64,000 bases of DNA. Source: an uncultured Methanosarcinaceae archaeon (GTDB lineage Archaea; Halobacteriota; Methanosarcinia; Methanosarcinales; Methanosarcinaceae). The DNA lies in contig CAWJYV010000005.1 of the NCBI GenBank assembly GCA_963847185.1, forward strand, positions 1 through 64,000, written 5' to 3'. Under the pieces are notes generated by a model. The model did not search any database and had not been told where the DNA came from. It saw only the letters and a program-made list of their open reading frames with translations. How positions within the stretch are numbered: position 1 is the first letter of the stretch; every line of letters starts with the position of its first letter. Below are positions 52,834 to 63,101 of this stretch, in pieces. Made by a program: the position numbers and the translations under genes.

Positions 52834-53247
52834 TCATCTAAAATTTGTATGCATCCTCATCTGATAATGGCCTGACTCTAGTTTTTTTCTTATGATTTCC
52901 TTTGCTATTCTCACATAGATTTTCCGAATCTGAGGTATGAGCATGGAAAAACCTATAATATCGGTCAGAATGCCAGGAGTTATGAGGGCAAAGCTTCCTA
53001 TTAATACAAAGAGTCCATGCAGGAGTTCGTTTCCTGGCACACGCCCCTGACTGGTTGCTTCCTGAATATGGCGGAGCACGAGCAGGCCCTGGTTCTTTAC
53101 CATGTAGGCTCCCAGGCTTGCAGTAATAAGGATAATGAGTACAGTGTTAAACGCTCCTATTATCCCTCCGATTTTTATGAGCAGATAAAGTTCGACAAAG
53201 GGAACAATAAGGAAAACGGAAAAGAGCTTAAGAAACATGCTGGTCAT
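52834..53247 (-). CDS. fxsA: FxsA family membrane protein
   Basis: PFVELYLLI.IG..IG, TPGILTD. Confidence 0.85.
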   Translation of the reverse strand: MTSMFLKLFSVFLIVPFVELYLLIKIGGIIGAFNTVLIILITASLGAYMVKNQGLLVLRHIQEATSQGRVPGNELLHGLFVLIGSFALITPGILTDIIGFSMLIPQIRKIYVRIAKEIIRKKLESGHYQMRMHTNFR

Positions 53248-53572
53248 TTTCAGAACTTCAGATCTTTTGGATTATTATGAAAATAAGACATAAGTAGTTT
53301 TTACTTTCAACCAACCTACCATTTAGTTAAATCTTCTATCAGTTAACTCTTCTATGGTAGATGATGCAATATGAATATATATGACTATCATATAATAACA
53401 TTCTTCCTAAATTTGAGAGTCTTATAAGCGAATTGTAAGTTCGTTTTTTCCCCCTCACTCCCAATAAGGGCAACCATTCTCCTTTTTTCCCTCCTTTCAA
53501 AAATCCTGGAATCTCCTTTCGGAAAAGCAAGAAACCAACATTACTGGATTTTCTCCAGCGCTGTCTTCCATT

Positions 53573-55021
53573 TTAAGCACCGTATTCCTTACTAACGTTT
53601 AGGTAACTAACCTTTTCTTCTTCCTTCAAGACTTTCGTACCATACAGCATCTGTACAAATGCCTTTAGCTCGGTCTCAGACTTCCGAGGAATCACGACCG
53701 ATGGCCAGCAATCCTCTGGACCGTGGTAAGCAACTCCATTGTAAGCCCCTAATTCGTACTCAGGGAATACGCAAGGGGAATCATCTTTCAACTTGTAATT
53801 TCCAGAGTCTCTATAAAGAGGATCGACATTATATACAGACTGTAAGGTAACGCCGTAGTGGTTGGCTGTTTTATTTCCATACTGGCAATTTTCAATGCAT
53901 TCGATCGTGTTTCTTGTGCCTGTTAGGTTTGCAATACCCGTTCCTGATTTAGTGCCCTTACAAAAGCTCTCGTTAGTTCCGGTAATAATATTTCGTCTGA
54001 CTGTAGTTTTCATTCCTGTCAGAGATGACCTACTTTTCCAACCGGAAGCTACTATAGCATATCCGTAACACTCGTCAAAAGTGTTATACTCGATCAGGCA
54101 GTCAAATCCGTCGTGTGTTATACCTCCTACATCAGGAGTCTTAACCGAGGCAGGCTCTTTCCCACATTCCAAAAATAGGTTATTTCGAACAGTTACAAGC
54201 CCATTACCCGGAACTGTGCCTATTATCCAGATGGCAGGTCCCCAGGTCCCAAAAATTTCGTTGTTATACACTTCAATGTCAGAAGACGTCCTATTTTTGG
54301 CGGTTGATTGAATCTGGATAGCTGGCCCGGTATCTATCCCGGTATCACCGTTCAAAACACAATCATGTATTTTTATATTCTTTGAGGATCTGGTCCGGAC
54401 TGCAGCGTTTACGGCCATATCAATCTTAAGATTGCAGACTTCTCCACCATGCACACCTGCCAAACATACAACATCATGCCCTCCTCGCTTGCCTTTGATA
54501 TTCCAAATTTTGATATTCGTGCCGCCTTCAATCCTGGCAAAATCCCCTAGATTGTTGTTAGCTTCACAGTCATGGATACAAATATCAGTTGCATTTGAGG
54601 TTTGTACATTGCTAATATCTCCGGGACAAAGGGGACCTATAAAATTATGATAGCCATTTCCCCAATTACCCGCAGCGTTTGGATGTTCACGGTTTTTTGT
54701 AGGAACGCATTTCTGATTCTCTCTATTTCCTTCAAAAATTACATTGTGCAGGTCCCAACCTGCCGCACCTTTCGATAATTTTGATCCAATGAGTGGGATC
54801 TGTTCACCAAATATCGAAGTAGATACATTTTCCTGTAGTTCAAAAGTTGAGTTTTTCCCGTCGAGCTCAAAATAATTCCAGAATCGGATACGGGAGTTTA
54901 CGAGAACATGAGTAGTATCTGAAAAAATAAATTTTGCTGGCGTATTTCCCACGTTGTCAATTAGCTTCTGTAATTTTATAGAGTCATCAACAGAGGAACC
55001 TATAGTTATTGTTTGCATCAT
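53573..55021 (-). CDS. Right-handed parallel beta-helix (pectin-lyase-like) protein
   Basis: Repeated I.V.NN.I / I.I.DC strands; WGNGYHN, NLGDFARI; C-terminal DPLY...YKLKDDSP. Confidence 0.75.
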   Translation of the reverse strand: MMQTITIGSSVDDSIKLQKLIDNVGNTPAKFIFSDTTHVLVNSRIRFWNYFELDGKNSTFELQENVSTSIFGEQIPLIGSKLSKGAAGWDLHNVIFEGNRENQKCVPTKNREHPNAAGNWGNGYHNFIGPLCPGDISNVQTSNATDICIHDCEANNNLGDFARIEGGTNIKIWNIKGKRGGHDVVCLAGVHGGEVCNLKIDMAVNAAVRTRSSKNIKIHDCVLNGDTGIDTGPAIQIQSTAKNRTSSDIEVYNNEIFGTWGPAIWIIGTVPGNGLVTVRNNLFLECGKEPASVKTPDVGGITHDGFDCLIEYNTFDECYGYAIVASGWKSRSSLTGMKTTVRRNIITGTNESFCKGTKSGTGIANLTGTRNTIECIENCQYGNKTANHYGVTLQSVYNVDPLYRDSGNYKLKDDSPCVFPEYELGAYNGVAYHGPEDCWPSVVIPRKSETELKAFVQMLYGTKVLKEEEKVSYLNVSKEYGA

Positions 55022-55069
55022 CTCAGAACTCCTATCTTTTATTATCTTTTATTAATTGTATATGTGTAA

Positions 55070-55250
55070 CTGTATGTTAGTGCATTCCTATAAAAATTAT
55101 ATCATTTGTCTAAAACACGTCATAAAAGAAGGAAAAAGGAACTTGGAAATAAACGGAATACTGTATGTTAGTACATTCCTATAAAAATTATATCATTTGT
55201 CTAAAACACGTCATAAAAGAAGGAAAAAGGAACTTGGAAATAAACGGAAT
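55070..55250. repeat. 91-bp tandem duplication
   Basis: CTGTATGTTAGT.CATTCCTATAAAAATT...AAACGGAAT at 55070 and 55161. Confidence 0.85.
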
Positions 55251-56001
55251 GAACTTTTCGGAAGTATCAAATAATGAAAAATTAAATTTCGAGAGACATC
55301 TCCCAAAAAGATGGAGTATATTTCTTGCCACCAGCCCGGTTTATCGGAAATAGTTTAGTATTCTTTAAACAAACTTCGAGCTGATCCTAAAATTCAAAAA
55401 TTACTTCTTTGAATACCAATTTTGAAATATTTAACTGAGCTGCTGGTCAGGAAAGTAATTCTAAAACTTGTAAAGTTAGGACTAAAAATTAGTTCTGGGA
55501 TAGGCTCTTCCTTAATATAGAGTTGCAGACGGATTAACTTTTGGGGATTATGGAACACTTCAGGCAGTTGCGCGCACATTTCTCTTTTTGTTTCATTGGT
55601 CAATATAATGAAAGTTGTTAATTGGAATTTGGGTTCCATGAGGAGTAGCTTTATGGGTCCGGAAATGCTGATCAAAATATATATGCATTTATATAATGAC
55701 GAGAATGATTGATTACCGGGGAATAATACAATGAACGTTTATACTAGGTTATCTACAGACACACAATCAAGAACACTTGTTAATGCAACTCCTGAAGAAA
55801 TTGAGGATACTAAGAAAGAATTAGAAGAAGCAACCTGAAAAACCCCGACGAAAAATGGGCTATGATGACTGGTTAGAATTTAAAATATAAAACTTATTAT
55901 TGTTCTTGCAGTTTTAGGAGTCGAATTGACCCCTGATATTATTACGCGGGTGTAAGTGATTGGACAACATAAAGTCCAGAAAGAAGGAATAAAAGGAAGA
56001 A

Positions 56002-56380
56002 ATGAAAGGAAAAGACCACTAAATAACTAACCATTCCCTTGCTGCAATTTTCTTTTTCTATTTATGGATTACAAAAAGCCTGGAATTTGTCCCACTGGCT
56101 AAGTTTAGGCTGGAGCTATCCCCCTGCATCTTCTTGTAACTCCAGACTTTGATAACTGGAGCAATGCAACAAAAGCCCGGGGATCATTTAGGATCATCTG
56201 GAAAACGCTCAGAAATACAGATTACCGGGAAATTTTACACAACTATGTGGGATCCTTTCACCCTGGTGTGTTTCGTTGCAGTTCCTCTACATTTTTACAG
56301 GTTTGAATTGTGAATGGGGCTCTAGTGGGAATTGTTTGTATGATAGAGGTTCATATAGTAGGAGAGAAAATATCTTTAGG
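56002..56380 (+). pseudogene. Degraded DUF2227-like metal-binding membrane protein
   Basis: MKGKDH*...LVTPDFD.WS...RG.F.IIWK...YREILH...EVHI resembles the H...SPDLD...WG...W...HR..H pattern, with stops and frameshifts. Confidence 0.45.
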
Positions 56381-56390
56381 GTGATGGGAA

Positions 56391-56717
56391 ATGTCATTTT
56401 CAAAAATCCTCCGAGATGCAGATATCAGAATGATGGAGAGACATGGACATATAAGTTCAACTGAAGCAAAAGTCAGAACTCGAAAGCGAGATATGAAGGA
56501 AATGAAGATGAGGTCCTTGTGTTTTGCCATCCTGCTTATGGGGGTTGCCGCTGAGGGGATGTATTTTGGAGTTCACGTTTATCTGGTGGCTGGAATTGCA
56601 TTTTATTTACTGTTAAGGGATGTTTATTCTACTTGGATGAAACTTACGGAGATGGATACTGAAATCAAATATCTTGAAGCGGGGCTTGTGCTGACGAGAC
56701 GTAAGAGATGGGGGTAA
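56391..56717 (+). CDS. Hypothetical membrane protein (virus-like gene array)
   Basis: RBS GGGTGA; 108 aa with TM hairpin; closely followed by another ATG. Confidence 0.5.
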   Translation: MSFSKILRDADIRMMERHGHISSTEAKVRTRKRDMKEMKMRSLCFAILLMGVAAEGMYFGVHVYLVAGIAFYLLLRDVYSTWMKLTEMDTEIKYLEAGLVLTRRKRWG

Positions 56718-56936
56718 AAATGAAAAAAATAACAGAAAAAATATTACAAGAATGAAAAAATAAAAATCATAAAATATAAATACAACTTCTTAACATTAAG
56801 TATAACTGTGTGTAGAGAGGACAAGAAGATTTGAGTTTTTTATTGGCTTTTAGTGATAATCTTATCTCTAAATGTTATTTTATCTCTTTTAAAGCCTTTA
56901 AAAAGGAATTACTAGCCTTGTATGTATTTATTTGTT

Positions 56937-56970
56937 GAATCCCGCCCGATTGCCACATTAGGCGGGATTC
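56937..56970. terminator. Stem-loop
   Basis: GAATCCCGCC-N14-GGCGGGATTC followed by TTTT. Confidence 0.4.
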
Positions 56971-57231
56971 TTTTGCCAACTTTTAAACAACGAGTCGAGT
57001 AATATCTGTTAAAATATATAAATATTCCTGCCGACTGATTGGTACGTTTATACAAATCGATTTCTTTTCAGTATTTATATTCAAAGTTGAAAATTTAGCT
57101 ACAATATTTACTATAATTTACAACAATTTCGAAATCGCACCTCGATTTGAAAGAAAATGATTTCACCATACATTCAAATTGGTCATCCCTGAATATATAT
57201 ATATTTATTTTAACATATTCTCTTTGGGTGG

Positions 57232-57338
57232 GTGGGAGTGAGTCAATGAAAACTGCAAGCATAAGAATCTCTCTACATTTTTCCCAATATAAGGAAAATA
57301 TACTCACTTTTTCGGACTTGACCAATAACTCATACCCA
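57232..57338. mobile_element. MITE-like element, copy 2
   Basis: Direct-orientation near copy of 52682-52785. Confidence 0.6.
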
Positions 57339-57935
57339 AGAGCTAATTTTGTTAGTAGCACTAGATTAGCTATTATAAAGTTTAGCTACTGCTAAAGGAT
57401 TAAATTTTAAAGCCAGCAATTTAAAGTTTACAATTTGAAGCTGGGCAATGAAAAAGCTTCCATATCGTATTAACTTTTAATTTACCATATTTGGCTTATT
57501 TTCTCTTCTTATTCTATTTATATTCTTAACTTCGAATTATTTACGATACTTTTTAATTATATCTATTTCTTCCTTCCTTAAAGGCAAGATAATATTATCA
57601 ATATTTTATAAATAATGATATATTTTAATTGAATTTCTTCTTTTAACTCGTTTGTTTTTTCTCCTGAAAATTCTCCTTTGTCAGAAAGTTTTTGTTATTT
57701 AATGAATATATCTTTTCCATTTAATGGTATACAGGGATAACCTGTTATACGATTAATATAATCCTATATTCGATATCTAACGCACTATTGAAAAACTAAC
57801 GTTATATTTTATATTTTATGAAATACTAACGCACTAATATATCCTATTAGATGTAAAATATAGTCCGGATGTTACACTGATAGTTTCACCTGTCTCCCTA
57901 AAAATATAAAATTTATTTTTCTGAGGTGCCGGATA

Positions 57936-59123
57936 ATGGATTTCGATGCGATCGACGATTTTATATACAATATTGTCGGGATAATAGGATCAGACCAGAA
58001 AAAACTGTGCAATGCAGTTGACTTTGCTCTGGAATATTCGGAAAAAAATTCCTTTTCTCCCAAAACATTGCTTGATATCTCCAATGCATGTAAGCAGCAG
58101 AGAATGCTTATGGAAGAATATGTTTTTGCAAAAGCCTGCTTTATAAAGGCTTCCGGAAAGCTCCATGAAGAAGCCTGCTTCGCTATGGGTACTGCGGCCC
58201 ATGTGCTGGGCTTTTCCTTAGAAGCTGAGGCAAGCTATCTGGAAGTTTTAAAAGAAAATCCGAATAATGGAGATGCCAGATGTGCATATTCAGAGCTTCT
58301 AATAGAACTTGGAAAGATCCAGGAAGCTGAAAATGAATATAAAAAGGTACTTGAAGTCTCTTCAATGCACGCAAAGGCAAATTCCGGATATGCTTATCTC
58401 TTGGCTGAATACGGTTATGTAAGAGAAGCAGAAGAATGTTACTTAAAGGCGCTTGCAGTTGATCCTGATTATGTTCCTGCCAGAGGGGGGTACGCAAACC
58501 TGCTCTTTGAACTTGGAAGACTCAGGGATTCCGAAAAGGAATACAGAAGTGCAATAGAATTGGATCCTGAAGACCCAAGTCTTCACCACAACTATGGAGT
58601 TTTGTTATCTTTCCTTGGACGTTCCTCAGAAGCTGAAGTTGAGTACAGAACAGCTCTTTCCCTTAACCCGAGGCACAGGCGGACTCTCTTTAACTATGGA
58701 AACCTTCTTGCAAGAGAAGGAAGGGTCTCAGAAGCCGAGATACAATATATGGAAGCTCTTGCTATTGACCAGAATGATGCAAAAGTCCATTCCAATTATG
58801 CCAACCTCCTGGCTCGCTTTGGGAGACGGTACGAAGCTGAAATGGAATACAAAAAAGCTCTCAAGCTGGATCCCGAAAGTGCTGAGGGGCATTATAGCTA
58901 TGGAAACCTTCTTTCGGAAATGGGGAGACTCTCCGAATCCGAAGAGGAATATCAGAAAGCTCTTGTCCTAAATCCCTACTATCCTCCTCTACATTACAGC
59001 TACGGCTTGCTTTTGAGAAAAATGAGGCGCTTTGACGAAGCTAAAAATCAGTATATGAAAGCCATGCAGCTTGATCCTGATATCGGAAGCAAAATGACAG
59101 AAACCTGGATTATTCTAGATTAA
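57936..59123 (+). CDS. Tetratricopeptide repeat protein
   Basis: Many 34-aa repeats (EAE.EY.KAL.LDP...H.NYG.LL). Confidence 0.9.
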   Translation: MDFDAIDDFIYNIVGIIGSDQKKLCNAVDFALEYSEKNSFSPKTLLDISNACKQQRMLMEEYVFAKACFIKASGKLHEEACFAMGTAAHVLGFSLEAEASYLEVLKENPNNGDARCAYSELLIELGKIQEAENEYKKVLEVSSMHAKANSGYAYLLAEYGYVREAEECYLKALAVDPDYVPARGGYANLLFELGRLRDSEKEYRSAIELDPEDPSLHHNYGVLLSFLGRSSEAEVEYRTALSLNPRHRRTLFNYGNLLAREGRVSEAEIQYMEALAIDQNDAKVHSNYANLLARFGRRYEAEMEYKKALKLDPESAEGHYSYGNLLSEMGRLSESEEEYQKALVLNPYYPPLHYSYGLLLRKMRRFDEAKNQYMKAMQLDPDIGSKMTETWIILD

Positions 59124-59291
59124 ATCCATCATCTTGGTTGTCAGGTTTCCTGCATAATCCAGCATCCATATTTGGCTACTTCTTTTATTATTTTTATTAT
59201 TCTCATCAGATAGAGATACATATAGGGTTTTCACAAGAAACGACGGTTAATATAATTATCTATCCTTTTTTGCAAGTATTTACGTTCTTTT

Positions 59292-60116
59292 TTATATCTC
59301 TTGATTCCCAAAAATGAAGATTTTCAGCTCTCCATTTTCAAAAAGAGAAAAAGCGGCAGCATTACCGAGCCCTACATAATCAGGGCAAGAAAAAAGGGAA
59401 AGCAACTTTCCATCGAACCACCATTTGTATCCCTTTTCAAGGGCCGTATGTCCTCTTACCATTCTCTTTAAATTGTTTACTTCTAAGAAACCATCTACAA
59501 TATCAGGCCCAAACTCCTTTACTGTGGAGCCCCTAATGGAATTGGTAAGTCCAGGATGTTTTGAGGGATCGTTCCATAGATACGGAAAAGGTTCTTCCTT
59601 TCTGATGGCATCAATGCTCTCTATCCCGTTAATTCCTCCATGCACACAGAAGGTATGCCCTGAAAGTACTGCAGCTATTGGCATCTTCTCGTATGTCAGG
59701 CTGATTCTTATGAGAAAACTCTCATCGTAGCCTATTTCCTCAAAAAAGCCGTAGTAGATATTCATATCTGCACTTTCATGGTTCCCTCTAAGCAGGAAAA
59801 TATTTTCGGGATCCTCAATTTTTAGTTGAAAAAGCCTCAAAAGGACTTCAGTTCCCTCCAGTCCCCTATCTACATAATCCCCCAGAAAGAGAATGTTCTT
59901 ACAGTTCATTTCCTCTCTCATTTTTATCACAAACTCAAGGGTCTGAAAATCCCCGTGAATATCTCCGACAAGCATTATCGGCTCAGTATTAATTCTAAGC
60001 ACTGGAGGCTCTGACTCTAAAATACTGTCTATTTTAGGAAGAAGGAGTAGCAATTCTTCTTTTGCAGTAGTTTTCTTAGAGTTCTCTTCTTCTCCTACTT
60101 CTCCTTTTAATCCCAC
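59292..60116 (-). CDS. PPP-family serine/threonine protein phosphatase
   Basis: GDIHG, GDYVDRG, RGNHE, HGG, LWNDP, RGH, FSCPDY. Confidence 0.9.
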   Translation of the reverse strand: MGLKGEVGEEENSKKTTAKEELLLLLPKIDSILESEPPVLRINTEPIMLVGDIHGDFQTLEFVIKMREEMNCKNILFLGDYVDRGLEGTEVLLRLFQLKIEDPENIFLLRGNHESADMNIYYGFFEEIGYDESFLIRISLTYEKMPIAAVLSGHTFCVHGGINGIESIDAIRKEEPFPYLWNDPSKHPGLTNSIRGSTVKEFGPDIVDGFLEVNNLKRMVRGHTALEKGYKWWFDGKLLSLFSCPDYVGLGNAAAFSLFENGELKIFIFGNQEI

Positions 60117-60443
60117 GAGGTCACCTCTTTAAATTCGATTACGCAAACCGGTTTACAAAACTTCTTTTATTAAGAGGGAATTTTATATGATAAGCCTTTC
60201 TGAAGTCGATACAGAAAGAGAAAGTTCGGAGAAAAAACATTGTGACAGCACCCGATACGCCGTTCTATACTATTTTACTCCGTACTTTAACCAGATCTTA
60301 TAATCTTCAAGGTTCATAAGTTTTTAAAGAAGGAATATAATGTGAAATAATGTGAACGTCTGAAATTAAGTATCGAGAAACTAAAATCCAGAAATAAAAG
60401 CAAATGGAACTGTAATTCAACAATTTAGCGGAAGTGTGGAAAA

Positions 60444-60833
60444 TTGGAACTTGATATCAATGAACAGGATCCTGAAGATATGGATCTGACCGATGTCGTG
60501 ATTGAATATGATGAGCTTGTTTCTGCAATATCTGTTCTGGAAAAGCGGCGAGAGCAGTTGAGAACCAGCATACTGAACGCTTTCACGGAAAAAGGTATTG
60601 ATGTACTTAGAGTAGGAAATGTTGAACTCAGAAAGCGAAAGACGGATTGGAAACTCTGGCGTATTCACAGATTAAAAGCTTATCTTATGAAGAGAGAACT
60701 CTGGGATATGGTCGAATCAATTGACAGGAAAATGCTGAGTAAACTTATAGAAAAAGGAATTTTGACTGAAGATGAACTTAAAGGCATGTATGATGTGGAA
60801 ACAAGATATAGTTTACATGTAGATAGAGTCTAA
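60444..60833 (+). CDS. Hypothetical coiled-coil protein
   Basis: 129-aa ORF with TTG start; heptad N-terminal half. Confidence 0.65.
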   Translation: MELDINEQDPEDMDLTDVVIEYDELVSAISVLEKRREQLRTSILNAFTEKGIDVLRVGNVELRKRKTDWKLWRIHRLKAYLMKRELWDMVESIDRKMLSKLIEKGILTEDELKGMYDVETRYSLHVDRV

Positions 60834-61123
60834 TCTTGGATATGTCTTTTTAGATAATATGGATAGATCTAACGTGTGGATAGAGTATAACTGAGTGTAA
60901 ATTAAAAGATATATACAGGGGAGTAGTCCATCAATAGAGCTTGAAATACATAGTTACCAGGGGGTTTAGTTTTGAGAATCGATATCTTGCAAGTTTTTAT
61001 GTAGTTATTATTGTTTAGTAATGAGATCTCTTTTTGAATTTATTCAACTAATTTAGTACGGCTAATTATTTATATCCGGTAGAGCAGATTCATCTTAAAG
61101 GCAAATTTCAGGAGGTTTTATAC

Positions 61124-62173
61124 ATGGAGATTGATGCCGTAGACAAGCTTGTTTTTAGCATAATCGAACAGGTTGCAGCCGATAATTGTGACCTTGATGA
61201 GGTCACTGAGTTTGCCGTCTCTTATTCAAAAGAACACTCGCTTTCCAGGGAGATTCTTCTGAAAATACTCCATATTTTTGACAAAGAAAAGATGTACAGG
61301 GAAAAATATGTAATTTCCCGGACCTGTGCTTCTCTGTTTTCAGGAGAAACAAAAGAAGAGTTCCTTATAGAAGCAGGTAAAACAGCCTCTTTGCTTGGAC
61401 TTAAAGAAGTGGCCTGCAGGAGATTTGAAGAGACACTGGCGAGAAACCCGAAAAATATCGAAGCCCTTTCAGGATACGGAGTTGCCCTTGCCAAAATGGG
61501 AAAGCTGGATTCTTCAAGGATTCAATTTGGGAAGGCCCTGGAACTTAATCCTTACCATGTTGAGACTCTCTGCAATTACGGATGCCTGCTTTTTGGTCTC
61601 AAAAGAATTGACGAAGCTGAAGAAATGTATAGAAAAGCTCTGATCTTTGATTCAAAAAATGTGGAAGCCCACTGCAAGTATGGGATTCTTCTTTCCAAAA
61701 AAGGGGAAAAAACCGGAGCTAATTATCACTTCGTCCAGGCTCTCGAACTTGACCCTAAACATGTCGAATCTAATTTTCAATATGCTCGTCTTCTGGAAGA
61801 AAAAGGAGAGCCCTATGAGGCTGAAAGATATTACATCGTAGCTCTCAAAGCAGAACCTGAGAATCCAAAACCTCATCTGTTTTATGCCCGCCTGCTTGCA
61901 GAGCACGGGATTGTTTACGGAGCCGGCGTACACTTCAAGTATGCTCTTAGGCTTAACCCTGGCGATATAGAAGCTCACTGTGAGTATGCCAGATTGCTTG
62001 CCAGGTTTGGGCACAGGCACGAAGCCGAGATCCAGTACAAAAAAGCCCTTGAACTTGACCCGGGGCATTTCGGAACCCTCTGCGAGTACGGGGATTTATT
62101 ACAAGAAAAAGGGCAATACGCACGAGCCGAAGAAATATACAGGCAAGCTGAATTCTTTAAACGGCAAGCCTGA
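61124..62173 (+). CDS. Tetratricopeptide repeat protein
   Basis: Paralog of 57936-59123; KALEL.P.H.E...Y..LL repeats; RBS AGGAGG. Confidence 0.9.
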   Translation: MEIDAVDKLVFSIIEQVAADNCDLDEVTEFAVSYSKEHSLSREILLKILHIFDKEKMYREKYVISRTCASLFSGETKEEFLIEAGKTASLLGLKEVACRRFEETLARNPKNIEALSGYGVALAKMGKLDSSRIQFGKALELNPYHVETLCNYGCLLFGLKRIDEAEEMYRKALIFDSKNVEAHCKYGILLSKKGEKTGANYHFVQALELDPKHVESNFQYARLLEEKGEPYEAERYYIVALKAEPENPKPHLFYARLLAEHGIVYGAGVHFKYALRLNPGDIEAHCEYARLLARFGHRHEAEIQYKKALELDPGHFGTLCEYGDLLQEKGQYARAEEIYRQAEFFKRQA

Positions 62174-62191
62174 AAGATTAATAAGGTCTTA

Positions 62192-62902
62192 TCAGTAAAG
62201 CCTTACAGGCTCAATTCCCATTTTTTCCATCAAGCAGGCAGGAATATCCAGCACATGCAGGACCGAATCGATTACTATCCCATCGGAACTTGCCACAATC
62301 AAGTTATTATCAGGGTTTTTGCCGGCTGTTTTCAGATCAAAATCAGCGGTTTTTGAAGTTCTGGCTTCGCCTGAGATTCCTTTTTCTTTCATTTTTCGGC
62401 GGATAAATCCTGTAAGTTCTCCACTTCTGCTTATCTGAGCGTCGAGGAGAAAAGTAACTGATTTAGGGTGAGATTCAGAAAGAAAACTAAGAACTGAATC
62501 CAGAGCTTCCTCAATGTCTTCAGCCTGTTTTGCTTTGCTGAAATAATAACGAGTATCTCTTATATAGCCGTCATCACAGAACCACATAGATTCTTTTTTT
62601 AAAAGACTGTCCACACTAAGAAGAACATTGTACCCGTCAAGAAAAATGTCTCTATCCTTAATGCCTGTGCAGGTTACTTTTTTTCTGATCCTGGTAACTA
62701 CTTTATCAGGAGGCATGATTATTCTTGTTAGGATATGTCGCTCTTCTGCACTGAGCTGGGCATGGTCAGCCACGAAGCGGATAGTTGCAAATTTTGGATA
62801 TCCCCATCGGAGTATGCTCCTTATATCCCGAGCAGGCTTTAGCAATTTCTCTTTCAGATTAAAGCTGGAAGGATTAGTGGAACTTTCATGTGGGTCTATC
62901 AT
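62192..62902 (-). CDS. DUF434 family protein (PIN/NYN-like)
   Basis: RWGYP....RFVADH, LDGYNVL, CDDG..RD, SRSGEL, SSDG. Confidence 0.8.
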   Translation of the reverse strand: MIDPHESSTNPSSFNLKEKLLKPARDIRSILRWGYPKFATIRFVADHAQLSAEERHILTRIIMPPDKVVTRIRKKVTCTGIKDRDIFLDGYNVLLSVDSLLKKESMWFCDDGYIRDTRYYFSKAKQAEDIEEALDSVLSFLSESHPKSVTFLLDAQISRSGELTGFIRRKMKEKGISGEARTSKTADFDLKTAGKNPDNNLIVASSDGIVIDSVLHVLDIPACLMEKMGIEPVRLY

Positions 62903-63101
62903 ACATAAGTCTCTCCTTTTAAGAAGGAAGTTCTTTAAATGAGTGAAGGGATATGTTATATACGTATTTAAGCAATTAAAAATGGTAACATGTGACTGCT
63001 GGCAGTCTACTTGATTCTAGCAGTTTTTATTTCGGTTTTGTTCAAATTTAAGGTAGGTTCTCAGCTACAAGCCATTATGGCTCAGGCTGGAGGTTTATGT
63101 T

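Noticed and set aside
55394-55675. 93-aa minus-strand ORF
   Set aside because: No recognisable motif or RBS; cannot be told from chance or relic sequence
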